Assembly: GCA_963675785.1 (NCBI GenBank)
Contig: OY776562.1
Span: forward strand, 608,001 to 672,000
Length of the DNA stretch: 64,000 nucleotides
Origin: Anaerolineae bacterium
Lineage (GTDB): Bacteria; Chloroflexota; Anaerolineae; UBA1429
Direction: 5' to 3'
This document shows positions 28,914 through 41,536 of this stretch, piece by piece; the first letter of the stretch is position 1; every line of letters starts with the position of its first letter. The position numbers were made by a program, and so were the translations under genes. Below the pieces are notes generated by a model. That model ran no database searches. It had not been told where the DNA came from and saw nothing but the letters and a program-made list of their open reading frames with translations.

Positions 28914-30070
28914 CATGCTTGTGCGTTTCCGCTTGCATCCATCAACGCGTTGGGCTGCCGCCAGACAATGCGGGCTAGCCACACGGTGTTATCGCTGCCG
29001 TAACGTTCACAACCCAGAGGCTGCATCCACTCGGCATCGAAAATCCAGGTTTCCTGCGGGCTAATGTTACAGACGCCAAAGTTGCCCAGGCGCGCGCCGC
29101 GCTCAGGGATGGCGATGCGCTCTGTATCGCGGATGACGCAGAGCCGTTCGGGGTCGACTTGGCCAATGAACAAGGGGGCACGATGGCGAAAGACGTGATC
29201 GTTGTTGGCGCCGCGCCGCGTATACAGCAAGAATAGGCCCCCGCTGTGGGTTACCCAGTGGGTTTGGGTGTTATAGTTGCCCAACTCTTGACCATCGTCG
29301 AACTGCCAGGGAATCATGGCCTCGTAATGCAGGCCGTCGTTGCTGGCGGATACCCAACTGCCGTCGTCGTCGCGTATGGTCATGTAATAGCGATTGCCAA
29401 ATCGCGTCATCGAGGGTTCACAGGAGCCGCGCGCAGCTGGGGCGACGAGTTCGTTGCCCAATTCTTCATAGATGAGTTCTTCGCCGTCGAAACTGCAGCG
29501 CATCACCGCGGCGGCGTTTTGCAGATTACCCCTACTGTGTAGATAGATCGGCAGCAAAATACGGCCGTCGGGTAGATCGTACCGCTGGGTCGAACCCGCA
29601 CCGACGCTGAAAAAACGCTCTTCTGTTGGAGTCTCGATGGTGCGCCAGGGAGCCCAGGTGTTACTGGCAGCATCTAACACCGAATAGGCGATTCCTCGGG
29701 GGCGTGGTTCAGGCATGACGCGATTATTGACATAATATACAACTTGCCCCGTGCCCAACAGTTTACTGCTGGCAGCGTGCCATTGTGGCGTGAAATCGCA
29801 GATACACGAGACGATACCACCACCCTCTTCTCGACGACCTAGTCCGTTTTGCTCGATTGGGGAACTCCATGTGGCCCCCAAGTCGTCCGTCTCTACCTGA
29901 TTGAGGGCATAGAACACGTCACTTGCTTCAAGCAGCAGTTTTTGCAGGGTCACCACCACGCGCGGTTTGTCCCCGGGGATGATCCCACCACGGGCGTGTA
30001 CCCAGCAAGTCTCGCCGTCGAATCCACTGCAAACAGGCTCGGTGTGCAGGGTGTAATCCAGCTTGCTCAT
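28913..30070 (-). CDS. Sialidase/BNR-like beta-propeller protein
   Basis: TDDLGATW Asp-box, EPS, SNDG, FRHRAPL; likely start MSKLDY at 30070. Confidence 0.75.
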   Translation of the reverse strand: MSKLDYTLHTEPVCSGFDGETCWVHARGGIIPGDKPRVVVTLQKLLLEASDVFYALNQVETDDLGATWSSPIEQNGLGRREEGGGIVSCICDFTPQWHAASSKLLGTGQVVYYVNNRVMPEPRPRGIAYSVLDAASNTWAPWRTIETPTEERFFSVGAGSTQRYDLPDGRILLPIYLHSRGNLQNAAAVMRCSFDGEELIYEELGNELVAPAARGSCEPSMTRFGNRYYMTIRDDDGSWVSASNDGLHYEAMIPWQFDDGQELGNYNTQTHWVTHSGGLFLLYTRRGANNDHVFRHRAPLFIGQVDPERLCVIRDTERIAIPERGARLGNFGVCNISPQETWIFDAEWMQPLGCERYGSDNTVWLARIVWRQPNALMDASGNAQA

Positions 30071-31908
30071 TGGGCTTTCTCCTCGTGTGGCGAACGGATG
30101 CGCAATAGGGCGTGGCAGGGAGAGCCGATGTTGTCGCCTTGCCAGGTGATACAAAAGGGCACCACGGTCGTGCCGGGGACAGCATCATCAGGAATGGAGA
30201 TCGTGGTGCGCAGGGCAATCTCTCTGTGAGGCGGCACAGTTGCTTCCAGAGTTTGCACTGGTGTCGGCCAGCCCTTGGGCAATTCAGGTCGGGCGATGAT
30301 GTGTCCTGGCTCAGCGCTGTGGTTCATGATGACCAGCGCTAGATCGACGCTGCTACCTGCAAACGCACGCTGTTCGTAAGGATAGATGTGGGCCCAGGCA
30401 GGATCCAACGCGAAATTCGGGTCATCCCAAGGCGTCAAGGCTGCGGCCAGGGTATAGCGTTGGGTCAGATTGCGTTCCAGCCAGTTCAATTGGGTCTCGT
30501 CAAAGCGAAAGGCCATCTCCTGGTGCTGATTGACGATGTGCGTGATCTGGTAGTGGCGTACCAACTCCAGGCAACGCGTCATACCTGTGTTTGGGCCCAA
30601 CCAGTTACGATTGCCGCAACAGTAATCATCCAACCCGGTGGGGGAAAAGGTGTCGCCGCAGAGCAGCAGGCGGGCGCCGTGTCCCTCGACCAACAATCCA
30701 GCATCGTAAAGAGTTTGGCCAGGCAGGTCGAGACAAGTGAGCCGATATTCGTGCCAAAGCCAGCTTTCATCATGAGCATAACTGGTAATAGGCGGTGCTG
30801 GAGCGTGGCTCTGATAGGGTAAAAACCAAGCCGTTGGATCATTGCTGATCTCGGCGGTGGTACGATTGCTCAATAGCCTGCAATTTTGCTCTATTACCAA
30901 CTGTCCCAGAGCATCTGTGTGATCATCGTGATAGTGGGTTATCCAGCAGCATTCGACGGCTCCAATCTGCCCTTCCTGTTGCCAGCAGGTCAGTATTTCG
31001 CTTACCGTCGGGCTACCGCAATCGATCAGCAGCACCGCACCATCATCGGCACATAGGGCAAAGCTGGTGGTGCGAGGCAGACGGCGCAAATAATCGGGTG
31101 GTGGCAGTGTTGGAGCTTCAGGCAAGTATTTGGCTTGCGCTTTGGCAGGCACCAGCAAATCCGGGAAATAGTGATTCAAGGCTGAAGCCCCCACATAGTT
31201 ATCCCAGAGAGCATCAAGGCGCTCGCTCAACTTGTGAATGGCTGCTGCAGGAGCGTGCACTAGTGGCCCCCGTGAAGGTACGATAATATCCGGTTTTAGG
31301 GCGGCAATACGGGCCAGGCTTGCTTGCCAGAGGGGCCTCGCACCCATAAAGCCGTGATAATCTGACACACAGCCAAAGCCCTTTTGCAGCATGTGCAGCG
31401 CCCACACTTGGCCGTCGCCGCAGATGAGATCGCCGCAAAAGACAATGCGCTGGCCGTCCACCTCGACTATATAACTGACAGCACCATCGCTGGGGCCGGG
31501 CGTATCCGCCACGGTGATGGTTGCTGGCCCGGCACCAAAGCTCTCGCCACCGCGTACTATGTGGCTGATAGCGACGGGATTGGGCAGCGCCTCAGCCCCT
31601 GGCCGCTGGTGGTAGGTATGGTAGCGATTGCGCCAGTTGCCCCAGTAGGTAGCTGTTTCCTCAAAAAGGTGGCGTTCGTTTTCGGGGCAGACGATGTCGA
31701 CGCCAGTGGGAGCGCTTAGTGCACCGCCTACAGCCGAGCGGTTATGGTGTGTGCAATAGATGGTTTGTGGTGCAGGCACACCTGATAATAATTCCTCGTG
31801 GCCGCTGCACCAGTTAAAGAGAATGCTGTTTTCACCATTGAGCAAAATGCCCGTGCGCAGGCCATCCTCGTATAGCATAATGTGTTCGGTTAGACGATTG
31901 AGCACCAC
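30067..31908 (-). CDS. Tandem MBL-fold metallo-hydrolase with a C-terminal Ig-like domain
   Basis: Degenerate THHNRSA and intact THYHDDH motifs. Confidence 0.8.
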   Translation of the reverse strand: MVLNRLTEHIMLYEDGLRTGILLNGENSILFNWCSGHEELLSGVPAPQTIYCTHHNRSAVGGALSAPTGVDIVCPENERHLFEETATYWGNWRNRYHTYHQRPGAEALPNPVAISHIVRGGESFGAGPATITVADTPGPSDGAVSYIVEVDGQRIVFCGDLICGDGQVWALHMLQKGFGCVSDYHGFMGARPLWQASLARIAALKPDIIVPSRGPLVHAPAAAIHKLSERLDALWDNYVGASALNHYFPDLLVPAKAQAKYLPEAPTLPPPDYLRRLPRTTSFALCADDGAVLLIDCGSPTVSEILTCWQQEGQIGAVECCWITHYHDDHTDALGQLVIEQNCRLLSNRTTAEISNDPTAWFLPYQSHAPAPPITSYAHDESWLWHEYRLTCLDLPGQTLYDAGLLVEGHGARLLLCGDTFSPTGLDDYCCGNRNWLGPNTGMTRCLELVRHYQITHIVNQHQEMAFRFDETQLNWLERNLTQRYTLAAALTPWDDPNFALDPAWAHIYPYEQRAFAGSSVDLALVIMNHSAEPGHIIARPELPKGWPTPVQTLEATVPPHREIALRTTISIPDDAVPGTTVVPFCITWQGDNIGSPCHALLRIRSPHEEKAQ

Positions 31909-32040
31909 GAACCTCCAAAGTTAGGATTGGTGCAAGGTTATCACGCCTCATATTGCTTTTCAACGGCAAAACCGAGCGAGTATCTGTTGCGTATAGAGAG
32001 TGATTCTCAGAGGGATATATTTTGTCACAAGGAGACGAAC

Positions 32041-32382
32041 GTGACTGAGGAACTCAAGAAACTCGATAGTCGCCTGGAAAGCATCGCTTGGGCCGCTTTC
32101 CTCATTATGGCCGGCACTTATTTGCTCTTTCGCTGGTTCTTGCCCGACGGCATGTGGGGGCTAGGTATTGGCGTGGTGTTGCTGGGGCTGAATGTGGCGC
32201 GTTATTTGAACGGGCTGAGCATGAGTACTTTTACCGTTGTGCTCGGTTTCCTCGCCTTTGGCAGTGGCCTTGGCAGCCTGCTGGGTGTGAACTTGCCCAT
32301 GCTGCCTATTCTGTTGGTGATCATCGGCCTCTATTTGGTGCTACGGCCCCGCCTGGAAAAAGATCGCAAGCTGTTCAAGTAA
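32041..32382 (+). CDS. Small membrane protein
   Basis: GTG start after AAGGAG; about 4 hydrophobic segments. Confidence 0.7.
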   Translation: MTEELKKLDSRLESIAWAAFLIMAGTYLLFRWFLPDGMWGLGIGVVLLGLNVARYLNGLSMSTFTVVLGFLAFGSGLGSLLGVNLPMLPILLVIIGLYLVLRPRLEKDRKLFK

Positions 32383-32385
32383 GAA

Positions 32386-32419
32386 AAAAAGGGGAGGATG
32401 CTAGCCATTCTCCCCTTTT
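32386..32419. terminator. Bidirectional terminator
   Basis: AAAAGGGGAGGATG...CATTCTCCCCTTTT. Confidence 0.65.
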
Positions 32420-32427
32420 CAATTTAG

Positions 32428-34602
32428 TTATTCTGCGACTACACAGCCCCACACCTGAAATTCGCTTAAACAGGCATCCTCGTAGGTTGTGCCTTCGTAA
32501 ACGCTCTCGATGCGCATACGAACTGTCTGTGTAGTGATGTTCCGGTCAGCCAGATAGATATTTTGCAGTGATAGGTTGTCATCCAACACTACTTCGACAC
32601 TCGTCGAATCAAAGATCAACTCGACGACGCGTGGCCGTGCGTTGGCACTGTACAGGTCCTTGGGCTCGGTAAAGCCGTTGACAATATTAATGGCGTTGAT
32701 GCGGATCTCTCCGGGAAAATCGAGTTGCAGCCATTCACCCTCCCCTGATCCTTCGGCCCCTTCTACCCAGCAGCTATTGGCATTGCCGTCGATAGCAAAG
32801 ACCGGTGAAAAGGTCTTTTTACCCTCGGTCAGCGTCGAAGAGGCACTGGTGGTGGCGAACAGAGACAAGTTACGTGGCGTCGTAGCACCATCCTCTAGAA
32901 AATCGATCCGATCGGTGGCAATCTGCCGATTCTGAACATCAGGCACGTTCTCATTCAAGGTGCCCCAGACACGGATGGTTGCGCCAGTCCAAGCAGCCTG
33001 TTCCAAGGTCTCGGATGTAGCACTGTCGGCGGTGATGCCGAATTGCTCGTTGTCATCTCGTTGAAAGTAGAGATCGTATTGGTTACCGGGCTCCGTCTTG
33101 ACGACGATGCCCTCCCAGGCCTCCACCACTGAAGAGACGATCTCTGGTGCCTCCAGGCTGATTTGCATCTCGATGCGCTTGATTTTCAATTGCGGCTGCC
33201 CGTCTGCATCGATCAGCTCAGCCCATACGTGAACGGTTTCGCCATTATCGGCGATTTCGGCCAGTTTTTCGGTAATGGCATCACTGGCAGAGATGAGGGG
33301 GTAGGTATAGCTGTCATAGATCTGATGCTGGAAAAAGTATTCGTTCTCCGCACCTTCGACGGCGGAAACCGTGCCCCACCAGACGACGGATTCCCCGCAT
33401 TCACCCACAGCCAGCGTCTTGAGGGCGCGCTCGGCGATGGTGATCAAGTTGGGATCCATATCAAAACTGGCATAATCCTCTGTGCCGTTGCTAGAGAGGC
33501 TAATGCCGAATTCCGAACCGCCAGCTGCAAAGCCGCTGGTGCCGCCATAGTAGACTGCTTTGGTGGTTGAACCAGAGACCAGCGGGACGATCAGTACCTC
33601 TGTGCCAGCGATTTCAATGCTGCCATTGCTACCCCAATCGCCGGAGCCAGGCGCGTAGCTAAAGATGTTATTGCTGCCCCCCTCACGCACTTGAATAACC
33701 AACCTTGCGTCGTCGCCAGCAAACTCGACCGAGGCCGCATAGGTAAAGCCTGCGCCGGGGTCGCCGGCTTCGCGCTCAATGACCTGCCAATCGGCGGGAT
33801 AGTCGATCGAAAATCCGTATTCCTCGTTGATATAGGTCTTCCACTCGATAGAGTGGGCAGCCCATAGCATGTCATCTACCAAGAGTTGTGTTACTTCGAT
33901 CTGAAAGCCGTAGGCATCGGGTACCAAGCGTCGCAACGTGCCGCTAACTGTAAACTCTTGATCGCTATCGCGTAACAGGTCGAGCTGAGCATTGATTTCA
34001 TCGTCGAGCGAGTTGATGCCAAAGCTGGTGGTGCCATAAACGCTAGCTCGGTTATCGCTGAGGGTGAAATAATCGTTGAACTGGACGCCTATCTCGGTCG
34101 AATGCAAAGTGCCGGTCCAGTCGCTAATCTCTTCCTCACCATAGGGGACGATAAGCGAGACGATGATCTGCACACCGTTCACATCCAATTGCTCATCGAC
34201 CAACATGCCGCTGATGCCCACCAGTTGGCCAGTATCGCGCAGGGCATCCATCTGCTCATTGACATCGTTGCTCAGTGCTTCGATGCCGTATTTGTCGCCA
34301 TTGGGGTTTTCAAAATAGTCATCGTACTGGGCCATAGGTGGCGTGCTATAGATATAGCCCACCCAGCTTTCCACTGGTTCCCCCTCCAACAGTGCCGGGC
34401 CATTCTCTTCCGATACCGTCGTTGGTATGGGGGTGGATGTCGGCTCTGTTGTTACGGTTGCAGCTTTTGTTGCTGTTTGGGTGGGCTCAGAACTTGCCCG
34501 CGTTGCTAGGGGTGTTGCAGTAGGCTCTGCCTCGGGCGTGCAGCCTGCTGCGAGTAGTGCTACTAGGACCAGTGTAATCAGAGCGAGTCGTTGTCTGGAC
34601 AT
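32428..34602 (-). CDS. Multidomain lipoprotein: four internal repeats, a PsbP-like domain and a C-terminal discoidin-like glycan-binding domain
   Basis: Lipobox LAAGC; YGFSIDYPADW; AIDGNANSCWVEG...GEWL. Confidence 0.75.
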   Translation of the reverse strand: MSRQRLALITLVLVALLAAGCTPEAEPTATPLATRASSEPTQTATKAATVTTEPTSTPIPTTVSEENGPALLEGEPVESWVGYIYSTPPMAQYDDYFENPNGDKYGIEALSNDVNEQMDALRDTGQLVGISGMLVDEQLDVNGVQIIVSLIVPYGEEEISDWTGTLHSTEIGVQFNDYFTLSDNRASVYGTTSFGINSLDDEINAQLDLLRDSDQEFTVSGTLRRLVPDAYGFQIEVTQLLVDDMLWAAHSIEWKTYINEEYGFSIDYPADWQVIEREAGDPGAGFTYAASVEFAGDDARLVIQVREGGSNNIFSYAPGSGDWGSNGSIEIAGTEVLIVPLVSGSTTKAVYYGGTSGFAAGGSEFGISLSSNGTEDYASFDMDPNLITIAERALKTLAVGECGESVVWWGTVSAVEGAENEYFFQHQIYDSYTYPLISASDAITEKLAEIADNGETVHVWAELIDADGQPQLKIKRIEMQISLEAPEIVSSVVEAWEGIVVKTEPGNQYDLYFQRDDNEQFGITADSATSETLEQAAWTGATIRVWGTLNENVPDVQNRQIATDRIDFLEDGATTPRNLSLFATTSASSTLTEGKKTFSPVFAIDGNANSCWVEGAEGSGEGEWLQLDFPGEIRINAINIVNGFTEPKDLYSANARPRVVELIFDSTSVEVVLDDNLSLQNIYLADRNITTQTVRMRIESVYEGTTYEDACLSEFQVWGCVVAE

Positions 34603-34722
34603 ATTTCTGTGACCTCCCTTTTCGTACAGTCGCACATATGCTACGGCTAGCAGCTATCAGTTGTTCCAGAGAGGCCCAAAGATCATCTAAATGTTGTATA
34701 GCGCGTCAAAATCAGTTGATGT

Positions 34723-37587
<2,865 letters not shown>

Positions 37588-37619
37588 AGCGTTTGTGGGC
37601 TCCCGGGTAATTGCGTATT

Positions 37620-37633
37620 AGAATATTTGTTCT
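37620..37633. promoter_or_regulatory. LexA (Cheo-type GAAC-N4-GTTC) SOS box
   Basis: AGAACAAATATTCT on the minus strand, about 33 bp upstream of uvrA. Confidence 0.65.
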
Positions 37634-37700
37634 ATATTCTAGCACAACCTTGCGGAGACGCAAGAATAATTTCGTCCCTGCAAGGATTTGGGAGTTTAAA

Positions 37701-38531
37701 CTAGAGCGTGATGCCGCCCTCTTGAGCCACACTGCGGACATAGGCGGCAGCCTGATCATATTGGGCTTTAGCGTGGAGGTGTTCGAGCATCAGAGGTACA
37801 TCATCGAGCTGGTTCAATTCGCGCAAATAGACGGCATAGTCCAATCCGCCAGTGCCGGCAATGCATTCATCCAAATGTACCGTCAGCTTTTCCGCCAGGC
37901 AGATGTCTTTGGCGTGGCAGCTCTTAATATAGGGCCCCAGCTTGGAAAAACAATCGCGCAGCAGAGCGGCATTCTCAAAATAACGCTGTGGACTGTTGAT
38001 AATGTTGACCGGGTCTAAATGGACGCCGAACTGAGGGCGGGCAATGGCCCGAATCAGTTGCAAATAGCTGTCTGCCGAGTCGGGATAAGCCCAGGGCATG
38101 GTCTCCAGGGCATAGTAGGTTCGTGTGGGCTGCACGGTATCAATAATCTCGCGTACCACCTCGACGATTCGCTCAAAGGTTTCTTCCGTCAGGTTGTCGG
38201 GGTGGGGACCATCCCACACAGTAGAACGAGAGCCGCTGATGTTCACACAGCAGCGTGCGCCGATACGCTCGGCCAGGCTCAGGCCGTCTACGCATTTGGC
38301 TATGGCCCGGGCACTCTCGTCGGCATCATAGCTGATGGGATTTGACCAGGCGCCTACTTCGGCGATAACGATATCGTTCCTTTTGGCAGCTTGGGCATAG
38401 GCATGAATGGTCGCCTCGTTGGCATCTAGCTTGAGCGGACAATAGGCGGCGCGATAGCCTTTGGCGCGTACGGCTGCGGCCCATTGTTCGGGGGTTTCAA
38501 AGGTACCGAATACAGGTGCGCCCAATCTCAT
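37701..38531 (-). CDS. Sugar phosphate isomerase/epimerase
   Basis: LETMP, HLDPVN, HAKD, MLEH. Confidence 0.88.
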   Translation of the reverse strand: MRLGAPVFGTFETPEQWAAAVRAKGYRAAYCPLKLDANEATIHAYAQAAKRNDIVIAEVGAWSNPISYDADESARAIAKCVDGLSLAERIGARCCVNISGSRSTVWDGPHPDNLTEETFERIVEVVREIIDTVQPTRTYYALETMPWAYPDSADSYLQLIRAIARPQFGVHLDPVNIINSPQRYFENAALLRDCFSKLGPYIKSCHAKDICLAEKLTVHLDECIAGTGGLDYAVYLRELNQLDDVPLMLEHLHAKAQYDQAAAYVRSVAQEGGITL

Positions 38532-38603
38532 TGTGCTCTCCTTTGCTAACAGGTGGAAGAACACTAGCGCACTTGATAATTGGCGTCAATGGCGCAGGGC
38601 AAC

Positions 38604-38636
38604 AAAAAGGCTGCGAGTGGTTGAGACTCGCAGCCT
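38604..38636 (-). terminator. Rho-independent terminator
   Basis: AGGCTGCGAGT...ACTCGCAGCCT with a U tail on the minus strand. Confidence 0.7.
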
Positions 38637-38658
38637 GGCACAACATGTGCTGTATCGG

Positions 38659-40005
38659 TTATTTGCGATAGGTGGAAGCGAGGGCATTCTCGGCGGCATC
38701 AACGAGTTGATACGTAACAGGTGAAGCGGTCAGTTTGGGGTGGGTGCCCGTCTGGAAGGTGGCAATGTCATCTGCGGTCATGCTGCTGTGAATGCAGGCG
38801 CTGATGGCGTTGATGAGCTCGCCGCCGCTTTCGGGGCCGCTCACCTGTCCGCCGATGAGAATCTTGGTAGCAGTATCAAAAATCAGCTTGACCTTCATAG
38901 GCACCATGCCGGGCAATGAACCGGGATGACGATTGGGCCCCTGAGCTACGCCAACGAGCACTTCATAGCCATTTTCACGGGCACCGGCCTCGGTCATGCC
39001 TGCGGCGCAGAATGTCGTGCCGCCTACGATGGTCGAGTACACACCAATGACACCGGTATTGGCGCGGCGCAGATCGTAGAGGTTGGCACCAGCAATGCGG
39101 GCTTCCATGGAGGCGATGGAGGCTAACTTGAGTTTGCTGGGTTTGCCATCGTAAAAGGACCACTTTTCGGTGCAGTCGCCACAGGCCAAGATATCTTGGT
39201 CACTGGTGCGCATATAGCGGTCGACGGCGATACCTCCACCTTCTCCAATTGCCAACCCGGCTGTTTTAGCCAGCTCGGAGTTGGACCGTGCGCCGATACC
39301 CATGATGACCATATCGGCGGGAATGACACGGCCACTCCCCAAACGAACGCCCGTCACTTTGTCTGTACCCAGGATTTCGGCAACGCGCTCAGAACCGAGG
39401 ATTTCGATGCCCTGATCGCCGAGTTCCTTTTCGACCATCTTGGAAAACTCGACATCATAGGTGAGCTGCAGGCAGTGGTTTAGCATCTCGACGATGGTGA
39501 GATGCACGCTTCTCTCTTTGATGCATTCTTCGGCAATCTCGACGCCGATAAAGCCGCAGCCTACAATGACGATATTGGTGGCTGCATCCATAACCTGCAC
39601 CATGTCATCCAAATAGTTCTGTTCTTTGAGGATGGCATACACGCCTGGCAGGTTGGAGCCAGGAATGGGGGGCACTACGGGCAATGAGCCTGTTGCTAGA
39701 ATGAGGCGCCCATAGCTGATGACTTTGCCATCTTGCATGATGATCTCATGGGCAGCTCGGTCGAGTTCTTGTACCCCGCCGATGGTGAGATCGATATTAT
39801 GGGCCTGCAGGCCAGCATCAGAGATCAGGTTATTGGCGCAGGTGTGCAATTCGCCAAAGACATAGGGTATGCCGCAGGGTATAACAGTACGCTCTTCTCT
39901 GCGCACAACGAGTATTGTTTTATCAGGATATTGCCGACGAGCTGTAATAGCGGCCGGTAGACCGGCTGCACTGCCCCCGATGACTACCACGTCATATGCT
40001 CTCAT
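38659..40005 (-). CDS. FAD-dependent pyridine nucleotide-disulfide oxidoreductase (CoA-disulfide reductase/NADH oxidase-like)
   Basis: GGSAAG, IPCGIPY single active Cys, ATGS, GCGFIG, GDC; start MRAYDV at 40005. Confidence 0.9.
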   Translation of the reverse strand: MRAYDVVVIGGSAAGLPAAITARRQYPDKTILVVRREERTVIPCGIPYVFGELHTCANNLISDAGLQAHNIDLTIGGVQELDRAAHEIIMQDGKVISYGRLILATGSLPVVPPIPGSNLPGVYAILKEQNYLDDMVQVMDAATNIVIVGCGFIGVEIAEECIKERSVHLTIVEMLNHCLQLTYDVEFSKMVEKELGDQGIEILGSERVAEILGTDKVTGVRLGSGRVIPADMVIMGIGARSNSELAKTAGLAIGEGGGIAVDRYMRTSDQDILACGDCTEKWSFYDGKPSKLKLASIASMEARIAGANLYDLRRANTGVIGVYSTIVGGTTFCAAGMTEAGARENGYEVLVGVAQGPNRHPGSLPGMVPMKVKLIFDTATKILIGGQVSGPESGGELINAISACIHSSMTADDIATFQTGTHPKLTASPVTYQLVDAAENALASTYRK

Positions 40006-40084
40006 GCTCTTCCGCTCCTTAGTAGGCTTGTACCCAAATTCATACAAATACAGCTTAGTACAAGTCGGATTTGCAGTCAACGTG

Positions 40085-40099
40085 TACCCCGTAAGGGTA
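40085..40099. promoter_or_regulatory. CsoR/CstR/RcnR-type operator
   Basis: TACCCCGTAAGGGTA next to a minus-strand TTGACT-N17-TAAGCT promoter. Confidence 0.55.
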
Positions 40100-40105
40100 T
40101 CAATT

Positions 40106-40624
40106 CTATTTTGCTTCTTCGTCTTTGGCCTTTGTGTCAATCGTCTGAATAAAGATTGTTTTCCCTGCGGTATAAGCACTTCCATCGTGTGGGTACTGCT
40201 TGGCAAGCTGTTGTTTGAGCTCAGCGTACGCTTTTGCTTCGTCAGGATGGGCGCGCAGGTAGGCTACAAAGCGCAGATGGCGAGCAACCTCTGGATGTCC
40301 GACATTAAAAGCATGGATATGCGCCTCATGGATATCAACTGTGCCGCGAATATAGTACCGCCGCCCGGCGATACCATTTTCGCCCTTGGGTATATAGCCG
40401 TTACGTCGCATCATCTCGTCTAGTGAATCCAGCGCGCATAGATCGTGCACCTCAACCAGTAGATCAATGGTGGGTTTGGCACAGATGGCTTGGATGGCGG
40501 TGCTGCCCACATGGTGAACGCGTACAATGCGTTCACCCCATAGCTGATCGAGGTGTTCCTTTTCTTGCTCGTACTGAGTGGCCCATTCAGGTCGGTGTTC
40601 AACCAGTGCAATCGTGCGACTCAT
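40106..40624 (-). CDS. GrpB family protein
   Basis: HHVGSTAI, AKPTIDL, HIH, YAELK, YTAGK. Confidence 0.9.
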   Translation of the reverse strand: MSRTIALVEHRPEWATQYEQEKEHLDQLWGERIVRVHHVGSTAIQAICAKPTIDLLVEVHDLCALDSLDEMMRRNGYIPKGENGIAGRRYYIRGTVDIHEAHIHAFNVGHPEVARHLRFVAYLRAHPDEAKAYAELKQQLAKQYPHDGSAYTAGKTIFIQTIDTKAKDEEAK

Positions 40625-41481
40625 GTGGCTTCGTTCTTTGAACGGGGTGCCGCATTCATGATGTGGTTCATCCACATGGCTTGCAGCAGAGTCAACAAAA
40701 ACGTCAGCAGCACCAGCCACCATTTGGAGGCAAAGAAATTGCTGGCTGCCGTGATATAGTGATAGCCGGGTGGCGTAAGCAACAAGTGATGCGCTACGGG
40801 AGTGACAAGATAACCAATGGTGACAATGCCAAGATAGAGTGGCCAGGGTGAACGGCAAGCGCCTAGCTTGCGGCAGCTATTACGCAAAAGCCAAGCCCAC
40901 AGAGGGCCTACGCATAGGCAGGCTACAACCATAATACCAGCTGTTAGCGGCGTAGTTGATCTCCACCCCGGCAGTTCGATGATCTGCCCCACGAGCAGAA
41001 CGGGAGCAATGCCCACACTCACCAGGGCTTGCCTGAATAGGAGGCGCAGATCACGATAGGCCATAACCGATACTGCCGCGGCAAGGGCGGTTCCACCAAG
41101 GGCCAACAGTGTGCAGCCCAGAACATCAACTGGTGGAACTGATGGCTTGCCCCCCAACAAGATGATAGCCGGGATGCCGCCTGCCAGCAGAGGCGTGGCA
41201 TAGAGCCACATGTGTAGCCAACTAGGACCGGATTTGTTGGGCTGGTTTCGGTGAGCAATGCCCAAAATGGCTAGAGTGAGCGTAGACAGACACAACACCA
41301 GCCCAGAGGCCACCAATCCGGCCATCCAGTAACGCCCCCGGGTGATGACATCAAGAGCTCCTGCATTCAGATGTCCCACCAGAAAGACGCGTTCGGGCTC
41401 AGCAATAGCAAACCAGTAGGCCACCAGTCCTAAAATGATAGCGTCTGCCGCAACGGCCCAGGTTAGCTCGTTTCTCTTCAT
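40621..41481 (-). CDS. Hypothetical membrane protein
   Basis: Multiple TM segments; ATGA overlap with the GrpB gene. Confidence 0.65.
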   Translation of the reverse strand: MKRNELTWAVAADAIILGLVAYWFAIAEPERVFLVGHLNAGALDVITRGRYWMAGLVASGLVLCLSTLTLAILGIAHRNQPNKSGPSWLHMWLYATPLLAGGIPAIILLGGKPSVPPVDVLGCTLLALGGTALAAAVSVMAYRDLRLLFRQALVSVGIAPVLLVGQIIELPGWRSTTPLTAGIMVVACLCVGPLWAWLLRNSCRKLGACRSPWPLYLGIVTIGYLVTPVAHHLLLTPPGYHYITAASNFFASKWWLVLLTFLLTLLQAMWMNHIMNAAPRSKNEAT

Positions 41482-41536
41482 CGAGTCGATCCTCCTTGCG
41501 CATGCCTGGTCAGGCTGCCCTCACTGGATGCTTTGC

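Noticed and set aside
40029-40048. TTGTACCCAAATTCATACAA as a Rex site for the oxidoreductase
   Set aside because: Its 20-bp length does not fit the 18-bp Rex geometry seen at the other sites.
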